64,000 nt of DNA from Novakomyces olei (Eukaryota): positions 868,001 to 932,000 of the forward strand of contig JADEYG010000002.1 in NCBI GenBank assembly GCA_016906335.1, given 5' to 3'. Under the pieces are notes generated by a model. It made no database searches. It saw only the letters and a list, made by a program, of their open reading frames with translations, and was not told the DNA's origin. How positions within the stretch are numbered: position 1 is the stretch's first letter; each line of letters opens with the position of its first letter. A program made the position numbers and the translations under genes. Positions 1 through 11,442 of this stretch are shown one piece after another.

Positions 1-1
1 T

Positions 2-88
2 GCCCGCCGACGCCTAAGGCATATTGAATGGCTGTCGTCCGCACCGGGCACACCGCGTCCCGTTGATACGGACGACGAGGAGGAGTAG
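2..88 (+). CDS. 3' end of a gene entering from the left edge (partial, unidentified)
   Basis: Open frame ARRRLRHIEWLSSAPGTPRPVDTDDEEE* ends at TAG 86-88, followed by AT-rich 3'-like sequence. Confidence 0.45.
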   Translation, partial: ARRRLRHIEWLSSAPGTPRPVDTDDEEE

Positions 89-453
89 GCTCAAATGGTT
101 AAACAGGTATAGACTTTTTTTCAAGGGTTTTTGGGTAGACTGGTTGTGTGTTTATATATTGCTTTTTTGACGTTGGAATCCCTTAGATTATACAGTGCGC
201 TTGTTTCAGTTAATTAATACTTGGATTTTATCTTGTACTTGATTTGGATAGTAATTGATCCACGATCAAATTGATAATTAAATGGATTAAACAGCAATCT
301 CCTGTTCCATGTCCGGTGTCATCGTCGTTCGCGTGACGTTTTACTCGTAATTTAGTAGCCAATTTACAGGTAGATGCTTTGCCTTGCTTTGTCTCAACGG
401 GCCAAGACGACGGTTTCAAGATCAACCGCCTCCAGCGAACGCCAGATCTTTAT

Positions 454-859
454 TCACCAGTAATTTCCTGCGGCCCGATCCTTTTTACGCTGATCATACC
501 ATTGCTGCCGGCAATCTTTCACCGCCTGAGACTATTAGTACAGAGCAAATCTTATATTTCAAAGACAGTAATACAGTCGTCGTAAAGGAAAAACCATAAT
601 TTTAAGACGATACCTGGAAAAAGTAAAAGCATTTCTCCTTTTCAAAATTGTGCCGTTCAAGACACCGAAAACTAGCCTTTGTGGCCTCCTTGCAAGGATC
701 GTAGTACTTTGACGGCTCTTTTTTGCGGAAAGTCTCCGCCACTTCTGGCCGTGTTACGTCTGGTCCATGGTATTGATTCTTCTCCCGCAGGTGACCGTGC
801 GCCCGCTGGAGATACTCGGCAGATCCCTCCGCCTCCGCTCTTTGAGGTTCCTGCGCCAT
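454..859 (-). CDS. COX23: Cytochrome c oxidase assembly factor Cox23 (twin CX9C), 2 exons
   Basis: PSKYYDPCKEATKASFRCLERHNFEKEKC...FQ; intron 613-526 (GTATCG...TACTAAT...CAG); exon 2 reads AVKDCRQQWYDQRKKDRAAGNYW*. Confidence 0.85.
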
Positions 860-1095
860 ACTTTATCAAGTCATACAAGATTTGAGAATAGAATGCAATG
901 AGCAAAAGCAATTTATGCCAATCGGCTTAACGTCACACGCAACAACGAGCCGGCTAATGCATCGCAGGCCGGCACTTGGATTAAGACTTATTAATGAATT
1001 ATCTATACAAATTGCTGAAATATTTTTGTTAAGATGGATTCTGTTTGACTTGCTAGTATTTATTGCAGTTGGCGCTAGGGTTGGTCAGGTAAATT

Positions 1096-1111
1096 AACCC
1101 TAACTAACCCT
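1096..1111. promoter_or_regulatory. Telomere-like promoter element AACCCTAACTAACCCT (exact copy)
   Basis: Exact 16-mer in the divergent promoter of COX23 and the 1323 gene. Confidence 0.75.
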
Positions 1112-1322
1112 AATATTAATTGAAATTTGCTCTGCTATAAGGTGGTCAGGATAACTAACTATATCCCAACAAGAATAACACGAGATACTGAGCAAATCCA
1201 TACTATGGGAATAGAAATAGTGTATATCCGTTGATGCATTACTGTGCTTTCGTTATGAATAATAAAGCATAAACCTTTTGGGCAATAAACTGTGAGGAGC
1301 GTGCAGAGTGCGATTGTGCATA

Positions 1323-1793
1323 ATGTTGCTTCCACGGACGGCACCGTGGCTGCTTTTGACGGTGTTTTTTATGTGTAAGACTTTGTTGGTGAGACCCGCA
1401 GGCTCTTACAATTTTCTTTAGCGACTAGAGCGGCAGCGGACCGGCCTCTGCAAATTTGCAGGTGCATTTGTTTTGGAAATAGTACGCTTTTCCCACTTGT
1501 TGAGCCTCATAATTTGGACTCGCCGTGCCAAGAGTGCACGCGTGATTTCTGCTCTCAGCAAGGCCATCCTTCGCTGCAAGGCTGTGCGAATGAGTCGTTC
1601 GGTGTCGGCTCACCAGACGATTTTGTTACTGAATGCTTTCGTACGTAAATCGTGATTTTAGTATGTCTAATCGGCAGAACGGGAAAGTATAAAGGAAAAC
1701 GTGACAATTCTAGCGTTTTTGGCTGTAGTGGGGTTCTTGTTGGCCTTTGCTACTCTTAAACAGGTGCTCCTGTGGGCACGACCTGTACGTTGA
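1323..1793 (+). CDS. Small Cys-rich single-pass membrane protein with signal peptide, 128 aa, 3 exons (uncharacterised)
   Basis: Exons 1323-1374, 1422-1640, 1678-1793; introns GTAAGA...TAG (47 nt) and GTACGT...CTAAT..CAG (37 nt). The spliced frame is open: MLLPRTAPWLLLTVFFMS...ICRCICFGNST...PCQECTRDFC...GC...ECFQRESIKENVTILAFLAVVGFLLAFATLK... Confidence 0.85.
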
Positions 1794-1931
1794 CGCAATT
1801 CTTATTGCACTACTATCCACAATTAAATCCTAAATGCTCTGCAAACATTAAATGGCCAAGAATTTTAATTCAGCTGCCGTTGTGTAACACTGTTTGTTTG
1901 ATATTTTGGCGCCAATCTCCGGACTAAGATT

Positions 1932-2966
1932 CTATTTAATCCGGTCGTGCTTTTCCGCAAACACCGTGAGCACGGCAAAAACAGAATAAAACAGCATGAC
2001 AGGATACATGACGAGAGCACGAGCTTCAGACATCTTCAAGGCTGCCACAAACATGGAAGATGCAGCTACCGTGCACCACGCAATTGCCACAACAGAGATC
2101 AGATAGCCCCATACATTGCTATATATATGTTAGCGTTCCGGTACACGTTGGCGAAGCAAACAGGCAGAGTGCTGGGACTAGGTGGTTTGAACAGAAGAAA
2201 GGGGAATTTTGGAAGAAAATTCGGCTTGTGCCCGACATACTATGACGGCAGAGAGACATGTTAAACACATTAAATGCAAAATCCAAAAGAATATGACAAA
2301 ACATTACGTACTCCATCTGTAAGAACATTCCAAAAAAAGCGGGAACGCAGAGCGGCAATAGACAGTAGCCTAAAACAGACGCTGTCCGACTAAAGCCCAT
2401 AGTCTCACTGGCCATGAGGGATAGTATAAAATGTAGCGACGCGCAGCCGAACAGGGCAACACCGTAAATATATCCAAAATGTGATTTTCCGGCCTTGAAA
2501 CAGTTAGAGTCAACGGCTACATTGTGCGGCTGTTACCAAAAGCAAAAAAGTGCCCATTGCTAGACAAAACAGGATTGGCCCAGCCAGATCCGAGTCGTCC
2601 ATTATATGACTGTCGACAGACCGTATGGGATTAAGAACGTTCATGGTCTGTTTCCAAGTCAGTATACGCACATCAAAATAGCCCACCGACCTTCTGCCTC
2701 ATATGTGAAAAATTGATTCCGAGTTCTTCGAAAAGTGGAGGGTCATCTGATCCCGTACTGAACGCTTCTAGCCAGCCTGTTTGGCCACTGCCAGAAGCAC
2801 CTTCATAGTATCCACCAGCGGCATTACTGCTACCACTGGGGCCTCCAAAACTTGACGATGAGTAGCCGTAGGGTCCAGGCGTTACACCACCATTTGTGCC
2901 GCCTTGATAGAAATTGAGCGGGTCCGGAGATTGTGGCACGTACCCGCCTTGCCCAAAATGCGACAT
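1932..2966 (-). CDS. YIP1: Yip1 family ER-Golgi membrane protein, multi-exon
   Basis: DDPPLFEELGINFSHM, DDSDLAGP, SVLGYCLLPL; the last exon reads DNVWGYL...MYPVMLFYSVFAVLTVF...IK*. Confidence 0.9.
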
Positions 2967-3102
2967 TGTCTACACCTTTGGTACTCTCTATAGCCAATAA
3001 ATTCCTCACACTATTTATTACGTTTAGATCTCATATCACACCTGTGCGATACTATACTATGTACATGTCGATCGAAACAGCAAATGTTTTTAAGTTGTTT
3101 GT

Positions 3103-3187
3103 CCCAACTAACCCTAACCCTGAACAGTTAACCGACATGCATGATAGGTAGCAAAAGCTAGCTAACCCTAACTAACCCTGACCCTAA
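3103..3187. promoter_or_regulatory. Cluster of telomere-like AACCCT elements (exact 16-mer at 3164-3179; variant at 3103-3121)
   Basis: cccaactaaccctaaccct and taaccctaactaaccctgaccctaa lie in the YIP1/YAF9 divergent promoter. Confidence 0.75.
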
Positions 3188-3307
3188 AACGTTTAATCGA
3201 GCTTATTTTGATTGATAGCTTTGAAATAGCTCTAAAAGGCTGGCTCTGGGCAATAATTTATAGGTCGGCTTTGTGTTAGAAATAGGTTTGGCCATGATAC
3301 ACAACTA

Positions 3308-3967
3308 ATGCCGCCACAGCGCGTGCATGGGTGCCAAATTTCGCGGCCGCTGCTTATTGGTAATAGTGCGCGGCCGCTAGGTGACCGGAAAAGGCCCGAT
3401 AGCGACCATACACATGATTGGACAATTGCTGTACGCGGTGTTGATGGCGAAGACATTTCCGTATGGGTGAAAAAGGTCGTGTTCAAATTACACGACACCT
3501 ACGCCAACTCTACACGGAGTAAGTGGGATCTTTTTGGCTTTATTTTTAATATTCAAGCGATTGAAAAACCTCCATTTGCTGTCACAGAGACTGGCTGGGG
3601 TGAGTTCGATGTAATGATCCGAATTTACTTTGCGCCAGAGTCGCACGAAAAATCAATTGTGTACTACCATCACCTCAAGCTTCATCCTTACGGACCTGAC
3701 GCAGAAGCAATCAAGGCTTCCGGTGGTGAAGTAAACTCGTGGCAATATGAAGAGGCTGTGTTTAACGAGCCGACGCAGCCATTTTACGATATTTTAACCC
3801 GGTCACCTATTGGCAGCGGTCAAGGAATACCCAATCATCCAAACAAAGGCAGTTTGTACAGTTTACAGGCAGAGCAAGACGAGTACGACCGTCTTGATGT
3901 GGCACATAAGAAAGTGCTGCGTATGACAAAGATCTATCGCGAGAAATTGACGGCTATTGATAAATAA
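3308..3967 (+). CDS. YAF9: YEATS-domain NuA4/SWR1 subunit Yaf9
   Basis: HTHDWTIAV, VKKVVFKLHDTY, PPFAVTETGWGEF; probable in-frame 39-nt intron 3519-3557. Confidence 0.92.
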   Translation: MPPQRVHGCQISRPLLIGNSARPLGDRKRPDSDHTHDWTIAVRGVDGEDISVWVKKVVFKLHDTYANSTRSKWDLFGFIFNIQAIEKPPFAVTETGWGEFDVMIRIYFAPESHEKSIVYYHHLKLHPYGPDAEAIKASGGEVNSWQYEEAVFNEPTQPFYDILTRSPIGSGQGIPNHPNKGSLYSLQAEQDEYDRLDVAHKKVLRMTKIYREKLTAIDK

Positions 3968-4217
3968 TCGATTAGAAATATTGCAATTTAAGCTATCAAA
4001 CGACATCAGTATATACATTAAATTTGATATTCTCATTTCCATCAGGGGAGCGACTCCATCACCTTGCTACAAAGTGCGGCCTTCTCTACACATGCTTGCC
4101 GTACCAGTAGACATCTGCTATCTCGACTTTAGCGTCCTTGGACTTTAGCATCGTTTGATTTTGGCATCATGTCTTCCAAATACCTAAATACCATAGGCAG
4201 CCTGTATCAACCCAAAT

Positions 4218-5304
4218 TTACAAGTATGAATCCTCCTGGCTATCGCCAGTTCTCCGGACCGGACTGCCTTGCTCGGCCACAAATAAACGACGGTTGTCCT
4301 GAGTGCGCCCAGAATCCTGTGCACTACTAGCATCGCCAGCATTTTTCAATAAATCGTCTACTAGTAATTTCGCCGCTTCACGAGCCGGCGTTTTTAGCAA
4401 ACGTGATGGTGGTAGAGAGAATTGCATAGTAATCGGTGGAGACATGCCTGGAGGCAGATCATCATCCACGTCAGAGTCTTCGTCAAAGCCTTGAAACTGG
4501 CTCTGCTGCTGTATTAGGCGACGATGCGCAGACCCTGTTCGGAACCGTGAGGGCGTCGGTGCCAATGGTGTAGCCCGTAACCGATAATTCGAGTCTAGTA
4601 CGCGATGTAGTAAAGGATCCTGCTTTTTCTTGGGCTTTCCGCCTCGTCTAGAAGGTGTACCGTCGTCATCAGTAGCGCCTTTTTGCTCGCCTGACGAGGG
4701 CAGAGAACTGCTTGTGTCCAAGTAAGGTGTGTGAGGCGGCTTTGGCGACAAGTCTTGCGCAATTTTCGACTCGTTCGCGATAGACGATACACCCTCCGCT
4801 GCCCAAGTCGAAGGTGGAGGCTGACTCGGCGAAGAAGAAGCCGCGGCTCGAGGCGTGCTCTGCGCTAAAACGTCAGCATAGTCGTGCGGCACTGCAAATT
4901 CCTCTTCTCCTCCCGTAGGCGTATATTCGTCTTTTTGAAAAGTCGTCATAGTAGTACTGTTATCTGTCTCGTTAGCGTCGGCCTCAGTATCGCAAGTCGA
5001 GTTTGCCGGAGCCGTCGAAGCGTCCTGCTCAGTGTCGGCATAAGACGTTAGGGCAACATTGGCAGCGGACTCGAAGAAAGTCTTCCAGAACTTTATCGCG
5101 TTAGAAAAATTTGAGAGCAGTACTTACGCGTGAATGATCGAGTGCTTTTGCAGAATTTTCACCATACTTCTCGATAACAGGAAGCACGCTTTGCGTGATT
5201 ATGCGGTGGCATTTGCTGAAATTAGCATCGATTTCGTACAAAGCCAGTGTGATGCTCTGTTCCAAACGCTCTAAACGCTCTACTTCGGCTTTGTACTGCG
5301 CCAT
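4218..5304 (-). CDS. ASK1: DASH/Dam1 complex subunit Ask1, 2 exons
   Basis: LERLEQSITLALYEIDANFSKCHRIIT..VLP, then intron, then FWKTFFESAANVAL; C-terminal LLHRVLD, MSPPITMQF and TPAREAA motifs. Confidence 0.88.
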
Positions 5305-5567
5305 ACTGAGCGATTGGTAGAAGCAGACGCTTTTGAGCAGGGCTGCTGTGTCTGTCAGCCGGTGCTCTGTTTGAGATATCAGTATTAGACGCGCATCCAG
5401 ACGCGTTGCTTCTCATATAATTGTTATTTATTTATCAATCAAGCAATAATTTAATTATAACTTTGTTTACAGGCGTGTATAGGGCATAAAAGGATGATGA
5501 GAGGAAATAATAAACTTGAAATTTACGGAAAGACAGCTTGGAGCTTCTCGCTCCGGTAATTATGCCA

Positions 5568-5747
5568 TAACCTAACTAACCCTGTTATCAACAGCAGTAA
5601 ACTTGCTTGACCAATCGAGAGTTAACCCTAACCCTTCTTTGTTTTAATTTTACTTTTTGCAGGATTGTGATAAGCTTTGGTGGTGAATTTCACCTGCATT
5701 CACAAATAAAAACCCGAATCCCACAAATCAAATCAACTAACCCTAAC
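5568..5747. promoter_or_regulatory. Three variant telomere-like elements
   Basis: taacctaactaaccct 5568-5583, taaccctaaccct 5623-5635 and aactaaccctaac 5735-5747 in the ASK1/SDR divergent promoter. Confidence 0.65.
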
Positions 5748-5884
5748 AAGTTGGCATAAAGTATATATCATATTGCAGCATTACATAATATCAGCAGAGA
5801 ATTAGGCACCTCACTATCGGCAATGTCCGACTCCCACGCAGGCAAAGCCAAAAAGGCAATGCTATCCATTGACCAACTATTACC

Positions 5885-6646
5885 ATGGATTTGACAGGAA
5901 AAGTTGCTCTAGTAACGGCCGGCACTGCAGGTCTCGGCGCAGCTATTGCGCATGCGCTCGCAGCAGAGGGAATGAGCGTGGCCGTCAACTATGCCAGCAA
6001 TAGTGAACGTGCTGACGCGCTAGTGAAGGAGCTTGAGCAAGCTTATCCTCAATCAAAGTTCACTGCCATCAAGGCAGATATGAGCTGCCGCAGTGAAGTA
6101 GAAGCGCTTGTGCCTAAGGTGCGTGAGCGGCTGGGGAAAGTTGCCGTTGTGGCTTCAAACCACGGATGGACGCGTTTTACAAATTTCACAGTGCTGGAGG
6201 AGAATGTGAATGATGAGGACTGGGATCGGTGCTTTACTATGAATGTAAAGTCACATCTGTGGCTGCTTCATAGCGCACACAGCGATCTCGCTAGCGCTGC
6301 TCCTGGCGCCGGCGGCTCTTTTATTCTGACTAGCTCTGTTGCTGGAACTTTGCCACAGGGATCTAGTCTGGCTTACTCTGCTACAAAGGCAGCCCAGCTG
6401 CACATGATGAAGGGCGCCGCAAAGTCTGTGGCGCCTGACGTGCGTGTAAATGCACTATCCCCCGGTGTTATGCTAACTGAATGGGGGATGAGGTTTGGCA
6501 GTGAGCGTCTAAAGCAGCTTGAGCAGCAAACGCTGCTCAAGCGATTCGCTACGCTCAAGGATATCGCTAGTATCTTTGTAACCCTGACAAAGACCGCCTC
6601 TACTACAGGCCAAAATTTGGTCATTGATGCCGGCGCCAGCGTGTAG
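5885..6646 (+). CDS. Short-chain dehydrogenase/reductase (SDR), intronless
   Basis: GKVALVTAGTAGLG nucleotide-binding motif, catalytic YSATK, VRVNALSPG and TGQNLVIDAG. Confidence 0.9.
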   Translation: MDLTGKVALVTAGTAGLGAAIAHALAAEGMSVAVNYASNSERADALVKELEQAYPQSKFTAIKADMSCRSEVEALVPKVRERLGKVAVVASNHGWTRFTNFTVLEENVNDEDWDRCFTMNVKSHLWLLHSAHSDLASAAPGAGGSFILTSSVAGTLPQGSSLAYSATKAAQLHMMKGAAKSVAPDVRVNALSPGVMLTEWGMRFGSERLKQLEQQTLLKRFATLKDIASIFVTLTKTASTTGQNLVIDAGASV

Positions 6647-6984
6647 CTTTATGTATAGTGAAAGAAAAACAATGATTTAAAGCAGTTGATACAGATTTCC
6701 CAACGTTTATGCCAGTATCTAAACTCTGCAATATCATCGTCTTACAGGTCATGCCGATTCTTAACTGCGCAATGCTGTTGTATTCAAAAATACATTTAAT
6801 TTTCTTTTGTTTCGTAACGTACGGCCGGCCAGCTTATGCGACTTTGCATTTAATCTGGAAAAAATACACGATGTCTGTTACGCAAACACCCGATCACTGG
6901 AGCGATATGCCTTTGAGGAGACGCCTTTTTCGGTGCTTAAAATGTAATTTTGCCCCGACTCCTGAATGTAGGCAGAACGAGAAT

Positions 6985-7001
6985 TAACCCTAAGAAACCC
7001 T
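6985..7001. promoter_or_regulatory. Variant telomere-like element TAACCCTAAGAAACCCT
   Basis: Two AACCCT half-sites 10 bp apart, about 180 bp upstream of the ATG at 7183. Confidence 0.65.
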
Positions 7002-7182
7002 GAATTCGGTAATTATGTAAGACAATTTGGCCGTAGATCTGATTACCCGTTATTTTCGCTATCCGAGTAGATTACTTGAGAATTTATTGGAGGTAATCTC
7101 TATGGACTCTGCGCCTGCTAACTAATTACGTATATGACTTCATCTTTGTCATATATAATATGATAAACCACGTGTTGGCTGT

Positions 7183-8019
7183 ATGACAACGATGAAGAGT
7201 GCAAGCAAAGCACTGGCAAATCCGCCATGGAAGCCCTTGCTGACGGGACTCGTCAGCGAAAATCTTGAAAAAGGCTTTAGCGATGCGGGTAAGGCAGACG
7301 CGATATACTCGCTCCTTTTCGCCTTCTTTAAATACTAATCTCGAGTCAACCTCCAAATGGCAACGATGCCGGTTAAAGGAGTACGGCACCCATCCGTTCG
7401 GACACTTTGCTCGCGAGGGTTTGTGGGTGAGCGGCGTACTGGAGACCAGCCTCTGTCTGGCAATTCAGAAGCTTCTTCTGATTTGCTCATAGTTTCTACG
7501 GACATCCGTATGCTCAAGAGCGTTCAGTTACGGGAGCAGCAGCTCACAGGCGACAATGGATTCGAGATTGTTTGGTGGCTCAATGGCACCGGAGATCAAT
7601 TTCGTCTCAACGGATCAGCTTGGCTTTACCACCCAACCCGTGTTGAAGGGTTTCCAGGCGATCGTTTGATCCAGGAGCACGTACACGTTGAATCGGAAAA
7701 CGGTCCGTGGACTTGGGCACATGAGCGCGAGCGTGTATGGGCTAAGCACACGCCCCAGTTACGCGGGACTTTTGCTGGACCTTTACTACGCTATCATGAC
7801 ACGGACAATTTATTCCGACGGGATATCCCCGCTGAACGAGCCGATGCTGACGATAAGGCAGCATGGGATTTTGCATGGGACAATTTCTGTTTAATTGCGT
7901 TTGAAGTGAAAGAAGTAGAACGTATTCGCGTCGTACCCAACCCCGGTCTCTGCTGGACGTGGGAGAAAACTGTTCAAGCTAACGGGGAGGCGGGTTGGAA
8001 GGAGGCGGCCGACGAGTGA
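7183..8019 (+). CDS. Pyridoxamine 5'-phosphate oxidase-like FMN-binding protein, 2 exons
   Basis: Exon 1 MTTMKSASKALANPPWKPLL..., intron 7289-7345, then LQMAT..PSVRTLCSRGF..STDIRMLK..FEIVWWLNGTGDQFRLNG. Confidence 0.8.
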
Positions 8020-8242
8020 GGTACAGAGACTGAGTTTGTGTTTTAGAGTGCGATATTATTATATAGTGAGCTGTGACGTGTAAATGGAGACAGGCGTGCA
8101 TGATTACATGTGCATTAAAGTAGACTGCGTTATTACGCCACGATGATAATGCTACAAGATCGAGCAGATTGTTCTACGTTTAATATTGATCCTACAGCCA
8201 AAATTTTTAAGATATCAGGCTATTGTCTAATAGGTACGAATC

Positions 8243-8291
8243 ATCTTGATAAAAATTGTTCTTGATAAACAATGTTCTTGATTAAAATTGT
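8243..8291. repeat. 16-bp tandem repeat, about 3 copies
   Basis: tcttgataaaaattgt / tcttgataaacaatgt / tcttgattaaaattgt. Confidence 0.7.
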
Positions 8292-8713
8292 CCCACGATA
8301 CAATAGGAGCGGCACATTTGCAATTTTGGGCCGACAGCGAGTGCAAATGCTGACGAAGCGTTTAAAACAAATCATATAATAAACACAAATCGCGAGCAAA
8401 ATGCTCTCCACAATTTACTAATATAAATATTTGGCCGATAATTAATTATATTCCGCTTACACACCTAATAATACTACTGCATATTATGACAATACTACTA
8501 CATATTGGGAGCTGTGGCCTATGGGATAACCGCTATATTACACCAAGGATTTTCCATACATTATAATAATACTGCGCTTATACTCACACGAAATGCTCCC
8601 GCGCTGTGCGACCAGTGACGGCGATGCTGTTATAAGACGCGCGGCGTGCGCCTTTGCCAGCGCCGCCCTTAGTAAAAAGCTGTCATAGTCTGCGTTTGGC
8701 TTCTGATACGGCC

Positions 8714-11442
8714 ATGCGTCTTTCGGATAAAGAGGTGCATAGCCTCCTCAATGGAGCAAGGTATATTTATATTTATTGATCGATTAGCCTTTAACGTTGA
8801 CCACGATTTCGCTCCTCTATTCACGAGTTTCGCCTTTGTCTTGTTTGCCTTCCGGACTTTACTGACGTGTGTTACAGGCCAGATCTAGGCTCAGGTTTCG
8901 AGCCAAGCAATATTCGTGTGATTCTCATGGAAGACGTGCTGGACAAGACAAAACAACTTCTTGTCGACAGCTATGCGTGGGACGAGTCCGCGCCGTGTGG
9001 GGTTAATGGACCTAAAGGAACTGCACAAGATGACTTATTATCACGGAGAAAACATTCGGAGCGGAAGCGATTATCGGCAGACGGCGATAGCCCGGAAGCA
9101 GCCTCACGCGCGCGCCTCTTTTCTGGACTACGAAAGGTGGGTTTGTTTCTGGTTTATTACCACTTTTGACTAGCCTTCTCTTGTATTATGTTGATTTAAT
9201 TTGTCTTTAGAAACCTATACAGCATTTTTATGGGGCTTGATTGGTTTTTGATGTCTCGTTTTAGACAACTTGATTTTATTTGTGTGATCTTTTCAGCTCT
9301 AGTACTAATCGTACCAGCACGATCCTATGATTGATGCTATTGCCGAGCTAATGTGGGGCTCAGTGCCCTTATCGCAACGAAACTCGTCCATGAAAATTCA
9401 CGTTTTGCCTAATAGCCTGGCGGCTACGGTACGCCATTCGTCGTCTCCTACGGCCGATACAACTCAGCATCCTGTATTTCTTATAACACGCCGATTTCAT
9501 GTACACCCAAATGAAATGCGTTTTGAGCAAGATCAGCCAGAGTCGCCGGGCTGGCGCAGCCTTTTCGAAGCAAACCGAGGCCAAGCGTATCTGGACTCGA
9601 AATCATCAAAAAGTGTCGACTCACCAACAACTACACTTGATGGCAACGAGTTCCCTTTTCCCCGTATGCGCCTGCAGTCTTTTGCTTCTGCTGCTGTTAA
9701 ACCGGAAATAACTATTGCAGAAGATGTTACAGAGCAGAACAAACAGTCAGTCGAGATGCAGCCACAGGCATCTTTGGAGGCACGAGAGAACGGAGTCACT
9801 GACTGGCTGCCGATGGCCTTGGATACGCCTCACCTCTGCTTGCCCGATGACGACAGCAAGAGGTTTGGGAACATTTATTTGTCGCGAACATCACGACGAC
9901 GATCGCTCTCATTTGCCCTGGGAATTATTATCAGATCGCCTCACAAGAACCATCAAGCATTCTTTCAAGACATTGGGCACATTCTGGCCGATAATTGCAG
10001 ATTTTTACAAATATTTATGGAGAAACGTATTCTCAGCCTGGTCTCTAATTTCCCAGAGCTGAACGGGGCAAAGGCCGGTGGAAGCCAGATGGATTCTGGT
10101 AAATCGTCCCATATGTTCAGGAGCTCTTTGCACCTGGACGGGATTGACGCAGACATGTCTGTACGTAATGCTGTCAACGAGTCAATCCGGCAAATTGTGG
10201 GTGCTTTTTATGCGCCTCCGCTTAAGCCGCTGTGTACAGGCTCAACAGAATTAAAAGAATGGCAGGCTGAATTTAGGCGTGCGATTACTGCTTATGATAA
10301 CAAGGAATATAAATTGTACGTTTAGAACTGTGTTTCCTCCCTCCTTTTTTGCTTGTTCCATTTCCGTTTCTTTTCTTTATAATGGTGAACGATTTATCGA
10401 TACTAATTCCAACAGTATAATCTCTACAATTTTAACTCAAATCCTTAGAGCCGTTTGTGGATTTCAACTCGTACTTACCGGGCCGGACGCCAACCTTAAT
10501 CAACGGCTGGCATTTATTTTAGGAATGTTTTTCTGTATTAATTCTGCGCCCATTGATTCTATTCAGCCATCGGAAGGTATTCTTGTTTCGCGTATAACCC
10601 GGAAGCTTCGTACTTCGGCACCTGCTTCACATCACAGCAGATACAGTAGTGGTTGGGATATTCCTAGATCTGCATCAGAGCGCAGAGCTAACTCTCGCTT
10701 TTCATCGCATCAAAGCCCGTCGCTTGACAGTGGAGGGGATAATGTACCTGAGCCATCAAATTCATGGTCCAGCTCTCTCCGATTGGGCCATTGGATGTCG
10801 TCTTTGAGAAGCTTGACGTTTGGATCAGAGTATCCGAAATCACAAGGAAGTGCACTAGTTTCTTCTGCGGCTTCTGAGGATGAGGCTATGGACGAAGCCC
10901 CGCTTGAAATGGAAATTGGATCCAAATTTGATGAAGAGACTGGACTCATAAAAGTCGATTGCGTGGGGAGAAAGACCGACAATAAAAGATTTAACGAATG
11001 CCCACAGCAATCGCAGTTGTCGCAAACTTCTTTCAAGACTGCCGTTTCAAAAGTCGCAAGGTACAATCCAGGGTTTTCGTTTCAGACTGTACCTTTTTAT
11101 GATGCTCTTGAAAGCGATATTGTAAAATCGCTCAAAGAAGCTCACATGTATCACAAACTTGAGGAAGATGATGAAGATAAAGTCGCATCACGCGTTATTT
11201 TGGCCAATTTACAGGACTCTTTTCTCGTTAAAGAATTCTCTCTAGACCACGTTCCGCATTCCGCGGGTCCAACTACGTTTCGAGTTTCCGATGTTTTGGT
11301 CACTGAGGATATTATTGATGATATTGACGATGCCTTAGTTAACCGGTTGAAGAATGCAGTGTATTCTTCAGATTGGGAATATATTTTCAGGTTGCGCAAT
11401 GAATTCGCGTTAATGGCTATAAAAGCCTACTTGTCAATATAA
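8714..11442 (+). CDS. LST4: Folliculin-interacting protein (FNIP/Lst4) homolog, 4 exons
   Basis: FNIP N-terminal motifs IRVILMED, IAELMWGSVPLS..SSMKIHVL and VFLITRRF; introns 8761-8877, 9137-9317 and about 10316-10415 keep the frame. Confidence 0.65.

Noticed and set aside
228-425. 65-aa minus-strand ORF downstream of COX23
   Set aside because: It has a non-ATG start and no recognisable motif, and probably lies in the COX23 3' UTR.
1095-1800. Telomerase RNA or other structured ncRNA (template-like CUAACCC, hairpins, AUUUUA-GUAUGU, SRP-like GGCTGTAGTGG)
   Set aside because: The region is fully explained by a clean three-exon protein gene, and the template-like motif recurs in many promoters.
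5885-6646. Horizontal transfer of the intronless SDR
   Set aside because: Intronless genes are common here and SDRs of this type are widespread in fungi; there is no evidence without a phylogeny.
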